Below are positions 37,020 through 48,429 of a DNA stretch of 64,000 nucleotides, one piece after another. The notes beneath the pieces were generated by a model that searched no databases, had not been told where the DNA came from, and saw only the letters and a program-made list of their open reading frames with translations. The stretch lies in the NCBI GenBank assembly GCA_009103225.1, contig RHPI01003366.1:1-64000 (forward strand). The letters run 5' to 3'. The stretch comes from Chlorokybus atmophyticus (lineage: Eukaryota; Plantae; Mesostigma and Chlorokybus algae). The number at the start of each line of letters is the position of its first letter. Position 1 is the stretch's first letter. Both the position numbers and the translations under genes were made by a program.

Positions 37020-37210
37020 CATAGACCAGACTGGCACTGTTCAGTGCCTATAAGTCCTTAGGTCTCAGCAAAGGAATGCATAAGTCGTAAACACTAGACA
37101 GTGCCTATGAGACTTTAGGTTAGAGCAATGGAGTGCATGACTCGTAGACACTGGGCAGTGCCTATGAGACTTTCGGTCAGAGCAATAGATTGCATAACTC
37201 ATAGACCGCA
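37020..37210 (-). repeat. Intronic minisatellite, same family, inverted
   Basis: CAGTGCCTATGAGACTTT...GAGCAA...TGCAT units, about 3 copies. Confidence 0.85.
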
Positions 37211-38679
37211 CTGCTTACCATGCCGCGGCATCCACTGGAACTGCAGTTGCAGATAACTTGACGATTCTGCTGCTGCTGCTGCTGCTGCTGCTAGTGCTGG
37301 CTCTCCACATGATCAGATGACTCGTCGGCGAATGAGCCACCTCCAGCTTCAGCAGCCGGTGACAAAGGGGAATGCGAAGTGGATGGCTGGCCAGCGGTTG
37401 CAGGGGGGTGAGCAGCAGGCTGAGTTGCTGAAGCTGGCCTGCAGGGAGTCATATTAGGCGCTTAACAACTGCTGTCATGAAAACTGTGCTGGTTGTGTCG
37501 CAATGAAGCTTGAAAGCTAGCTAGTGGGGGCAAGGATGTTACCTGAGTGAGGGGTCTGCCTGCCCATCCACCTCCATGGGGGACGCGTTGTCACCAGCGA
37601 GGCCGCTATCAGCCAAAAGTTGGGACACCTCAGCTTCTCTGCGGGCAAGAGCTTGCTCTCTTTGACTCAACTCCAAGTCCTTCTGACGTAGGAGACCTTG
37701 CGCTGCGTTGACAACCAACTTGGAACGCTGCTTTTGCTTGCGCAAAGCTGCAAGGTTGACTGCAGGTAGCTTGAGTCCGATGAACTGGTGGAGTCTTTCA
37801 GCAATATCAGCTGCTTTTCGGTCCGCCATGCTGGGTGCATGCGTAGTACCCACGAAACCAGCTGTTCCAAAGGTTTTCGCCACCGCCGCCGCCGCCGCCA
37901 CCGCCGCCGCCAAGATTGCAGCGCAAGCCCAAAACCCTAGCAAATGGACAGGGGACCATGCATGCCAAGTGCCTGCTACTCGTTTAGCATTTGCGCACGT
38001 GACCTTGGGAGCAACGGACCAGGTGAGATATGTCGTATGCTTCCGACGTCATTCTTCACCGTTGGTTATCATAATATATCAATGATCCAAAACAGCTCAG
38101 CGCTTGCGCATTATGAAAACATGAACAGTACAACAACAATTCTGTACCACACAGTTGTATGTGCCGAGGTAATCATATTTGTAGCATTTTTTATCGTGCC
38201 CAGGTTAGGTTCCTTATAATCCGGTCTAGGTTGCTGCCAATGTACCGCTCCAACCTTAGTCAGTGATCCTCATGAGCCAGTGTTGGACAGTTGTTGAGTG
38301 CTGTTTCGGAACCATGCATGGTCTAAAAGGGCGCTTGCAACCGTACCAGTGCAGCTTGGTCCCGCTAGTGAGAACATGATTGGTCCGTACAGTACATGCG
38401 TTCTGTACCAGTGCTGCCCTGGCTCATAGGCCGCTGGGCATGCGACTAGCCTTGGTCCTACTGCTCAGGCCGCGTGCTGACCAATGCTGTACCGGTCTAC
38501 AAGCCGCGGGACACGCCACCAGCCCTGGTCCGGTCATTTGGACCATATCGGCGGGCTCCGGGGCCGGACCACCGGTGGTCCGATCATGCCGGACCAGTCG
38601 CGGCACTGGTACGCTACTACATACCAGACGTGGTCTACGGGCTGCGTACGACTGGCCCGCGCGTAAAAAGCCCTGTGTG

Positions 38680-38956
38680 CATGACCGGTGGCTGCCGCCC
38701 CATTAAGGACTTTGAGCATTGCGTAATGGCGCTGATGCCAGCGCACGCCGTGATGGCCCGCAGCACGATGTCCGACGGTCTCCTGTCCAACATCAAGAAC
38801 ACCCTCACCCGCTTCGCTAACTCCAGCGCTTTCACCAATCTCTTTGGCGAAGCCATCAACGCCAACGGACACGTGTTCGATCAGATGTCCTCGGCCTCAC
38901 TTCTGTGGACACCTCGAGAGAGGAGTTCTTTAGCGAAGCTGCCATTGAGGCGTACT
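38680..38956 (+). pseudogene. Transferrin-like gene segment 3 (end of lobe 3), between the two DNA transposons
   Basis: MTGGCRPIKDFEHCVMALMPAHAVMAR...FTNLFG...HVFDQMSS, then after a frameshift LTSVDTSREEFFSEAAIEAYS. This matches the lobe-2 sequence YMCHGGGC...CNLALVPAHAMV. Confidence 0.85.
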
Positions 38957-39429
38957 CACACGGCTTAACGTTCGGGGACCAGGTATGGTCCTTCCCAGTC
39001 AGAAAGCCAGAGGCCTTCCCTATGGCAGATTGCAGGAAATGGTCGGTCGAGATGGATGCTCGCGTCGTATGTAGGCCATGAGTAACGTGTGAGCATGGGT
39101 GAACTGGGGTGATCGACGCCCGTGGTGTCTGTAAGTTTATCATTGATTGTCGGCGGTGTTGGTAAGGTGAACAGCGTAAGTTAACGCCCGTTTACGAGCG
39201 GTGTTGCATCAACGATTGACTGTGTGCGTTGTTGGTTGTCGTTTGCAGTCGCCGTTGCTCACGGCAAAGTATATCACTGTCGTCGATGCGGAGGCGCCGG
39301 TGTACCCTGACATCAGCTTATGCCAACGGTGGTGGTATTCGAATTTGCAAGTGCAGATGAGGCGGGGTGTTTGCAGTGTTGGCTGGGCTGTGTGTTGTGG
39401 GCGGCGGCGTCGATGGCGGATGATGCTAG

Positions 39430-41160
39430 TCTAGCGTCGCTTTTGGAGGAGCAACGATAGAAGCTCGAGTTGATAGAGGCGGCGAGGAAGGGTCGCAATA
39501 CAAGCCAGCGTGACTATGCCAGGCGTCGCCGTGAGGAAGATAAGAATTATATTCAGCAGCTGAAGGAAGAGTGTGGGCTGGTGAAGTCTCGGATGAGCGC
39601 AACTGGCGTGTTTCTGCATGCATTGACATGTGGGAAGACTTGGAGATGGCAAGGAGATAACCTTGTTTTGGTTCAGGTGCGTTTGGAGGGTGCAGCGTGT
39701 GTTCATGCGTGTGTATTGTGTGTATCGTGCATTGTCTCCACCTGTGACTGCGGTTTGATTTGGCAGCTGATATGGATGAGAAGTGTTTTGTGCTCGACAT
39801 ACTGACTCTGATGTATTGTGTGAGCAGGATACCTTGCCGACGCCTGGTGGCGCACCTCTTGGACTATGTGCGCAGGTGAGGTGCGGTTGCATGCTGCATG
39901 CTGCGTAGCACTGTAGTTGGCTGCAAACCCGTGCTCAATGGTGCATGTTGCAGGAGAATGATGTTGAATTGGCTCTGTCGTCGTCTGATGAGGAGGAAGA
40001 TCAGGAGAACATCCATCAAGTACTTTCGCAGCGTAGGAAGCAGAAGCAGCATCATACGCCTCATCAGCAGCAAGTGCCACCAGCCTCTGCACTGCACCAG
40101 ACACCGCATTGCCATGTGCGCCATGATCAGAATGGCAACCGTGTCGTGTTGGGACCGGCCATGTCTCGGTTGAACACAGCGAGAGGCGTACCTAAAACGC
40201 CCAAGACACCACTTGGCACCTTGCCAGGTGGGCGCTTAGCTTAGCCTGATTTGCTTTGCTAGGCGGTACCCTGAGAGACCATGAATCATGTGTAGTAGAT
40301 GAGACGATGTTGTATACCTATTGCCTAAATGTGGATTTGAGAACTAGTTTCCACAGCTTGATGCATGTGTTGTGTGCAGACCAGGTTCGTCGTGCCAGCG
40401 TGCATGCGGATGATGCGTACAGACAGACCCGTGTGTTCAGCCAGCTGGAGGTATAGTGGGAGTGGGGGGCATGCAAACAAGTAAACATGCTGTGTAGTTG
40501 ATCCTTCAATGCACAGTCATCTTGTCAGCAGCTTGTGTTAGGTTCGATGTATTGGCATTCGATGTAGAAAATGGGGATGTGGTCTGTAAATTTGCCAGGC
40601 ATCCATACTCAAGTCACCATGTGGAATGGCAGAGTGGTATAAACAGGTGTCATTATAGTCTACATCACTATGTATGTAAGCATTTTTTCAACAGTAGTCG
40701 GCAGATTGCGAAATAGGGGACTACAGCCATATGATAATATATGCTCTGGGCGCCCAACCACTGTGTCTACGCAGTCAGCGACTTTACAAGTTTAGAGTTT
40801 GAGGGCGGAGATGGCTTCAGTCAAGCAGGGGAGAGATCGTGTACAACGCGACTTGGATGCGGCGCTGGAGAGGCTGCGTGTCATGGAATCAAGCGGCAGC
40901 TCCAACACCAACACTGCCTTGCAGAATGCCTTGCAGGAGTTGCTGCAGTTGCGCACACAATGCGAGGTTGGTGTTTGCCTAATCCTGTTTGTATGGTGTA
41001 TATTTGGGTTTGACTTACCTCTGGCTTGCATGGTGTAGGACTTGCGAGATCAGCTCACACAGAATGTATGTCAAGATGACCAACGCCGCGCAGAGTTCGC
41101 ACGGGCTGTTGGGGAACTGGAAGAGGAGTTGGATGCAATGACCCTGCATGCCGAGGTGAG
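39430..41160 (+). CDS. Probable 5' exons (coiled-coil rich) of the Academ transposase gene
   Basis: Exon-like ORFs (ELIEAARKGRNTSQRDYARRRREED..., LQENDVELALSSSDEEED..., RAEMASVKQGRDRVQRDLD...) bounded by AG/GT and leading to the AG at 41235-41236. Exact structure uncertain. Confidence 0.45.
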
Positions 41161-41236
41161 TGGGTGCACAACAATGCATGCAATAATATATTGACTATCA
41201 GAGGCCTCTATGTCCTGAAGTCGAACATATCACCAG

Positions 41237-44200
41237 GTGTTGGAGACCAGGGTGGGCGAGGAAGTGGACGCTTATAACGCTGAGAGGAGACACCGGCTGC
41301 AGGTGGAGTGCAATCTGTCAGGATACCGTGGCAAGTTAGTGGAGCTGGAGGACGTGATCGCTGGTCTACGTGAGACTGTGCGCACAAACAGGGCGTGCCA
41401 TCCATCGCAGCACGATGCACGTGTGGCGGACGAGGTGCGCCAGCTCTATGCGGACGATGTGCAGCGAGCAGCCAATGAGGACTGTCATGAACTTGTGGCA
41501 TGTGCGGTGAGAGATGTTGCTTCCCAGTTGCTGCAGAGGGATGCCGTTGTATTCCTGACTGCAGTAGCAGTCGAGTACAATATTGCACCTGCGCGTGTAC
41601 TGCTGCGTGCTGTGAACCAGCGCTTACCGGAAGCGGGTGTGGTAGTGACCGGCGCCAGGCAACAGGGTACACTTATGATTGCTGCTTGGGCCGATCCTTT
41701 GGCATGCCTGTTGCGCCATGGGATGAGGGTTACTGAGGTGCCGGCCAGCACACAGCCAACTCGTACGGGGACCAGCGCGGTTGATGGCGACCAACTGCCT
41801 GCTGCTGTACTTCGTCACCTGAACAGGGTTATGGAGGCGGAGAGGCAACGGCATGTCGAGCGCAACAGACAGGACCCTGATCTGCGCTGCGTGAATTGGC
41901 AAGAGGAGTGGGAGAAATGCGGACCTGTAGTGCGACAGTTGATGGGCACACTGACTGGCTACAGTCAGATGGAGCGATTGCCATCTTCTGGTCCCAAACG
42001 GGCTCGTGCTTTAACAATCCTGCGCAATAAGACCGTGTTCCTGATGCACTGTGCATTGTATGCAGGGAGCAAGTTTGCATACTCTCCATTGCATCTGGCG
42101 GTCACGGACGAGGTGGACACACATTCTGAAGGGAACAAGTTACTCAGGACCCTCAACCGCCTGGGTGTGACAGTAAGCCGAAGCCACATCGACCGACACA
42201 TACACACCAGGGCGCTTCACAATCTGAACAGCATCGCTCGATTGCAGCCCCGACGTGGTATACATGTGCTGGCATCAATTGATAATCTAGACATAAAGGC
42301 AGGCCACCAGGCACGCTACAAAGGCAGGAAAGCAGGAGACATCCATGCCACTTCAACTCAGCTTGTCTCGACAGTCGCTCGGATGCCTCCAGAACAACTG
42401 ACTCTGCAGGTGAGTTGTCAGCCCATGGTGATCAGGGAGACCAATTACTGCGAGTACAGGTCAGTCAAACTAGCATCTTGTGGGCAATCCATGTACTCAT
42501 TGTTGGTGTTGTTGCAGCCATCGAGGAATCGCACGCTGGCAGAGTCACTGGTGGCTGAGCCGTGCGTCAACAATATGCCTCCTCCTGCGCCCATGCAGAG
42601 AGCACCAGTTGTTGTGCGGAGCGATCCAATCTTGAACTTAATGCCTGAGGAGGTTGCGGCACTCGAGAGTTTCCAGAAAACGTTACACAATGCCGTGTTG
42701 ATGCGCATGCAAGAGCCGGACCATACATGTTTGCCAACACTTAAGGAGGATTGGGCACGGTGGCTGCAACTGGCCACAGGTAGAAGCACTGAAGTTGCCA
42801 ACGACATTGAGTACCTGCCTGTGTTGCCTTTCTGCCCTGACAATATAGAGAACCTCAAGTCTGCGCTCTTGCAACTGCGCGCCAAGGTTGGCATCACGGA
42901 TTCAACAAGCAAGATCTGTGTTACTGGGGACGAGAAGACGTTTGCCCTGATGCAAGCACTAAAAAAGGCAGAGCCGGGCTACTGGGACTGGGTGGTGCCT
43001 TTCCCTGGCGATTTCCATGTCCTGATGAACATGCAGCCCGTCATTATAAAGATGGCCTGGGACGCTGGTCTCGATGCTATGTCCTTGGAAGCCGGTTTTT
43101 CTGCAGCCACGGCACGCAATCACTTAGCAGACGGCTCTCATTGGAAGAAGATACACAATTTTTTGTGTAAAGTCTTGGAGGCACTGTACAGACATATGTT
43201 CAAGTTGTGGCAGCAGGCAGAAACCGCAGAGATTAAGAACTTGTGCAGAGCTGACCTGGAGGAGAACGGGATCAATGCCTCAAACTCTGCTTCCTTCTTC
43301 CGCGAATGGTGCGAGGGTCAGTGCAAGACCGATCATACCTGGCAGTTCTGGTGGAACTTCGTGAGCCGTGATATGCTGCATTACTTTGGGCTATTTTGTG
43401 GTGTTCGCCAGAGGATCTTGCATCTCCGACTGGCCAGCTGGAAGGGTCTGAGCCCGCTTCCATTCGCCTGGGATCGCTACCATTATTAGAAAGTCATGAC
43501 GCTGCATCTTGCAGACCTGCAGAGCATGCCGCGCTCTTTGCTGGATATGCTAGCCGAAGGTGGCTTTGCAGTCAGTCTAACAGGATCGGCTGGCAGACTG
43601 GTTGCTCTTGATGAAGCCCATGAGTGCCAGGTCAACAGAGATATGAAGATGTCACTGTGCAGGCCCACCACCGAGCAGCTCCGTCAGAAGTCATTGTACT
43701 TGGGGGAGCGCAGTCAAGCACACAAGCAACTAGAGCGTCAGCTACTGCTTGACAACAACCTGGTCAACAACGAGCTGGATGATGACGCCGACGACGACCA
43801 CGAGAGGGTAATGCGGACACTGGCTACCTACGCCGCCAGGTGTGGCAGCGATTTAATGCATCTTGCTGAGCTGCTGGAGAATACACAAGCCTTGGCAAGG
43901 CCACACGCGCTGCACTTGACGCATCTTACCACCGGGGTACCAGCGGCGGCTGCTGCTTCAGCAGATCTTGCGCGACACTACCAGGTTGGTGTTGAGGCCA
44001 TAAAGTCCTTTGTGGAGGTTGACGTCTGCCGCGAGGCACCTGCGTGCAAAGTCAGTCGCAGGTTCAACTTGAAAACAATGGCACCTGCTAAGAAGCGCAT
44101 GAGCAAACAGGCCACCGTGATCAAGCAGTACCGTCAAGAGATGTTGGTGGCCAAGCGCCTGGCTGCCAATGGTGCTAGTCAGGAGACCGTCACAGCAAGA

Positions 44201-45910
44201 TACTGCGAGCATCCATGGGCGCTGTTTGAGGAGCTCACCGGCAAGATGCGGTCTGGCGACAAGGCCAAGTTTATGGCGGAGGTAGCTCCTCTCGACAACA
44301 CATGCTGGAGCCGCATGTCCCCGCAGGGCGTGGAGTGCATCATCCTGGAAGGCATGTTCCTGATTAATCAAGAATGCCACATGCTGCAAGGCACCATCAA
44401 GGACTATATCCAACACCTGATGCGCATCTGCGTGCTCAGCCGGCTCGCCAATCAGACCGTGCGCAGCGTGCAAGTTGTGTTTGACACTCCACGACTCCAA
44501 ACGGGGGTCAAGTCTTCACTGCAACGCGCACGTGACGGTGCGGCGCAATCATCTGGTGGTCGTCTAACTCTGGACACTGAGCTGCCGAGATTGTGGCGGG
44601 ATGTGCTAAGAGATCGTAGCTTGAAACGATTTCTGTGTGAACTGATAACAGAGCACATGCCCAACATGATTGCGGAGTACCTGCACCCCGACCAAGAGGT
44701 TGTATTCGCTGGCGGGTCAGATATAGACGAAGTTGGAGACCTTGCGCGTGTCGTGGCACGCGATTCGGACAGCCCTGCACGCGTATATTTTGTGAACGAC
44801 TATGTTTGTAACCATGGAGAAGCTGACTCTGGCGTCTGGGTGCATGCGCACAAATGCCCCTACAACAACATCCTCATATACTCACCTGATACCGATGTGA
44901 CCATGATTGGCCTGGCGATCACCGACGGGTGGGATGCAGTGTTGAAGGACGTCACAGTACAGGTGGCACAGCACTCCAGTGGCTCCACTCGACCACCCTT
45001 CCTGCACTTGTCTACACTGCAACAACAAGTCAACAGCATGCACCAGGTGCAGAGCATCGCCACCGGGTTGCGTGGCTGGTGGCTTCTTCTAGTGTATGCA
45101 GCAACTGGTTGCGACTACACCTCATTCATTGGCGGCATCTCGAAACAGTTCATCTGGCGCACGGTCCTGGCACAGCATGCAACATTCATCACTAGCAATG
45201 TTAGTGTAGTGGAACATGAGATGTGTTTCGCTATACTGCGCCTCATTGGGTGCTCTTACTTCGAGAAGTACAGGTCCACCTTCGACAGCGGCACTCCTGC
45301 ATCTATGTACTTCGAGTTGCACGGGCCTGAATCAACCACCAGCGATAAGGGACGATTGGCAGACTGGTTAGAGGCGATCCACAAAACAGTGTGGAAGAAG
45401 ATTGCCACGCCACGAGATACCATGCCCACAGTCGATGCACTATGGCTGCATGCACTTCGCTCGGTGTATGCAGTGCAGATGTGGATGCAGAGCTGCAATG
45501 GTGACATGCACATGCCTGACTTGTCTGATTATGGTTTCACTGAGGTCGATGGGTTATGGACTGCTGTCCAAGATCTGCCAGAAAACATGGTGGAGGCGAA
45601 AGCTAGGAGGCAATTGCTGATGAAGGGTTGTGGATGCAAGACTGGACGATGTATCAGCAAGAGATGCAAGTGTCGCAAGGCAGGACAAGCATGCACCGAC
45701 AGCTGTTCTTGTTTGGGATGTGACAACCACGGCAATCACGTGGACGAGGACGCTAGTGCAGCTTCTTGTTGCCACATAACAACCCCCCCGCCCATGGTCA
45801 ACCCAACAGCCGAACAGTCAACACAGGCAATGGACAACGATTATCCAAATTCTGTCAACTCAGACAGTGATGAGGAAGACCTCACCATGATGGATATGGA
45901 CGACGTCTAG
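41237..45910 (+). pseudogene. Academ-like transposase + XPG/FEN1-type nuclease + CXC domain; one in-frame TAG
   Basis: ORFs 41237-43489 and 43496-45910 share a frame, separated by TAG 43487-43489. Motifs: SIDNLD, TGDEKTF, PGDFHVLMN and ALDEAHECQVN (candidate DDE set); NHGEADS, SPDTDV and TGCDYTSFIGGISK (XPG-I/H3TH-like); CGCKTGRCISKRCKCRKAGQACTDSCSCLGC (CXC). Confidence 0.82.
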
Positions 45911-46345
45911 GGCGGCCTGCTACTCTCGCAGAAGGCGCCGCGAGCAGCAAGTTCTACCATAGCCACCACGCCCCACTGCACCTCACCCGACCCGCCCAAC
46001 CTCCGGCAACCCAATCTACTGCACCTGTCAACGCCGCCGCCACCGGCAGCATCCTCATCCGCAACCGCCGCCGCAACCGCCGCCGCCTCCGCCGGATGCC
46101 CAAACCGCAGACACACAACCACCTCAACAGAAGGTGCCGGCACCGCCGCCGCCACCGGCAGCTTGCTCCCCCGCCTCTGCCTACACCCCCGCCCCCGCCA
46201 GCCTCGAGCAGAGATCTGTGCTGGCTGGTATGCAGCAAGCGCATGTTTTTAGGGTTTGCAACGCGTGTTTTTAGGGTAGTGCAGCTCAGCAACATGTGTG
46301 TTACATTGCAAGGCGGCGGAGTTGGCGGAGTGCAGTGGCACCAAC

Positions 46346-48106
46346 ATGGAGACGGCGGGCACGGTCAAGAAGGTCATGGTGTGTGACGTGTGCCATTCCT
46401 ATGTCGTCAACAACGGTCAGCGTTTGCGCCTTCAGAAACATCAGGCTCAGTGCAAGGCGTACCAGGAGCGCTTTGGATACACTGCCGCATGCTGGCATCA
46501 CCACGATGCAGGTCATCACATCCTGCACTGCCGAGTGAAGCTTAGGTGTGCGCAACCAGAGTTTTTTAATATGCAGTGCGCATGCCATCAGTGCGAAAGC
46601 TCTCTGTTTGAATGGCACGGCCTACCCATGCGATACATGCCTTACGTCCGCCCCACCACCATGATCGAAGGGATGCAATGCCGCCTGCTGGCGGTGAGTG
46701 GCACAGATGGCACTGATGATACTGCACGCATTTGTGCCAACACTAATACTGTATAAACAACTTGTGCGCCAGGGCCAGCGCGTGCGCTGCGGACGCGGTG
46801 ACGCGCAGACCGTTGTCATGCTGCCAGAGATAACGGCTGTTGCATCAGATTTCCTCGAGGTTGGTGTTTCAACGTAAACGTGCATCACACCTAGTGCATT
46901 ACACAACAGCATTGTAATTGTGGACAACCAGACTGAACGAGAAGGAACCGATGCCGCCAGCGTGCTGCGCCAGCGTTGCGCGCGCGGGGGTAATGCATTG
47001 GAGGGCCTCGATGTACTGGTGTACTGGCCGATGGACGAGACTTGTTATACCGGAGTCGTCTACATTCACAACCCACGCAATGGTGAGTTATGCACTGTCA
47101 AGAGCATTCACACGTGACACCGGCCATGGACTCAACGTAGCGCACTGCAATTGCAGGGCGCCACAGTGTGCGCTTTGTTGACGGCGACAAGCAGCATATG
47201 AAAATCGACAAGCACAACATGGTGGTTGTGTTCTGGCACCAAGGAGGTCAGTGTTGCCACCGCGTTGGTGGTCAGCGCGTACCCACTCACCGCAAGATCC
47301 CTCCGCCTCTGCCGTGTCTCCCGCTGTGGTCGTCATCAGCGACATTGCTGATGACACACACTCCTGTCAGAATGGAGGGCACACCGCACCGTCCCAAGGT
47401 CCTTGACCTGTGCTGCGGCGGGGGAGGTGCTGGGATGGGGTTGTACCGAGCAGGGTTCGACGTTACCGGCGTTGACATCAATCCACAGCCCGACCCGTTC
47501 CCCTTCATACAAGTTGATGCCCTGGTAGTCGACCTGGCGCCATACGACCTGATTTGGGCTAGCCCCCCTTGCCAGGCATATGCCCGATGCATTCCAGATT
47601 CACAACGTCACCAGCATTCCATACAATGGAAGCACAGCACACTGCTGCCATCGCTGCGATTGCGCCTTCATGAGTCAGGGAAGAACTACATCCTGGAGAA
47701 CATACCAAATGCTGCATGTCACATGCAGCACAACATGGTGCTGTGCGGCACCATGTTTGGACTGCCAATCTTCCGGCACAAGCTTTTTGAGACACATCCC
47801 AAGATGGTAGCCGACCTGGTGTGCGACCATACGTCCAAGAGTCTAGGTCCACTGTCGGGTCATGTGTCCAGCACTGCCAGCCGCACACTGACCAGCACTA
47901 CCCAGCAGATGTACCCCGTGTATGGCTCCGCTGCATCGCGCGGTACCATATCCGGCTGGTAGCAAGCATTAGGCATTGACTGGATTGATGCTGATGCCAC
48001 ACTCGTCGAATGCATTCCGCCTGCATACTCTGAGTATATTGGGCGGTGCATGTTGCAGGCAATGGGATACACATTGAACAGCGGCCCCATATCATGGGGC
48101 CGCTGA
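46346..48106 (+). pseudogene. Spliced Zn-finger-like - Tudor - C5 cytosine DNA methyltransferase fusion; one in-frame TAG
   Basis: N-terminal CDVC...LQKHQAQC. Tudor-like LEGLDVLVYWPMDETCYTGVVYIHNPRNG|RHSVRFVDGDKQHM across intron 47083-47156. MTase motifs KVLDLCCGGGG (I), GVDIN, WASPPCQAY (IV), ILENI (VI), LCGTMFGLPIFRHKLFE (VIII); after TAG 47960-47962, QALGIDW...ECIPPAYSEYIG (X), ending TGA 48106. Confidence 0.85.
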
Positions 48107-48429
48107 GTATCAATCCGCATGCCTATTTGTATTTGTTTACAAGTCAATTTGTACACTGGTGCACATTGATTCTCAATGCACATTTCCTGGTCAATATATG
48201 GTTGCAACCTTGCATGACCACAACATTGCATTCGCGCTCACACATCAACGTCAGTTTTCCACTGCCGCTCACACACAGCACCAGACATCCTATCTGCACG
48301 CCCATGCCGGTCTAACTACACAACGTCACCGTCCAGTTGATGCGGAATAGGGGACATGCATACACTGCGCGCAGTCACCTAGCGAGCAGACACACGTGTG
48401 ATGTACAAGTAGCTTGTTGCGTACAGTGC

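Larger units (their letters stand above)
32812..37943 (-). pseudogene. EnSpm/CACTA (Tnp2/Transposase_21-like) transposase, multi-exon, disabled
   Basis: DPRNIALLIHADGF (first catalytic Asp region), GITGKSPLWRL...DLVYDTMHLLLEGL (DxxH motif), and RPNEH...DIIWHG...YWCFVQERTV (Glu region, ~34545-34620). TAA at 36645-36647 and frameshifts near 36690 and 34500. Confidence 0.85.
17885..38679 (-). mobile_element. Large CMC/EnSpm (CACTA-like) DNA transposon, ~20.8 kb (~15.3 kb without nested LTR elements)
   Basis: Imperfect TIRs: left AACACGGAATTTTTTCCACGGACCAG, right (reverse complement) CACACAGGGCTTTTTACGCGCGGGCCAG. Candidate 3-bp TSD CTT/CAT has one mismatch. GGACC/GGTCC-rich subterminal zones at both ends; Tnp2-like transposase inside; transferrin coding sequence resumes exactly at the right end. 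One N at 32231 is an assembly caveat. Confidence 0.75.

Noticed and set aside
43487-47962. TAG reassigned to Gln (as in some ulvophytes) or programmed read-through, which would make the Academ genes intact
   Set aside because: TAG also replaces conserved Trp codons (5258, 12462) and co-occurs with TGA stops and frameshifts. The ~1294-aa copia ORF and the ZIP gene have many Gln codons and no TAR codons. Mutational decay explains the data better.
27400-48106. Endogenous giant virus or prophage as the source of the SET, MTase and nuclease genes
   Set aside because: No capsid, DNA polymerase, packaging ATPase or other viral hallmark was seen. The genes are intron-rich and lie inside TIR- and TSD-defined transposons.
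47380-48106. Bacterial contamination carrying a restriction-modification MTase
   Set aside because: The MTase is in frame with spliced upstream exons, sits inside a nested eukaryotic TE structure with matching TSDs, and has no cognate endonuclease beside it.
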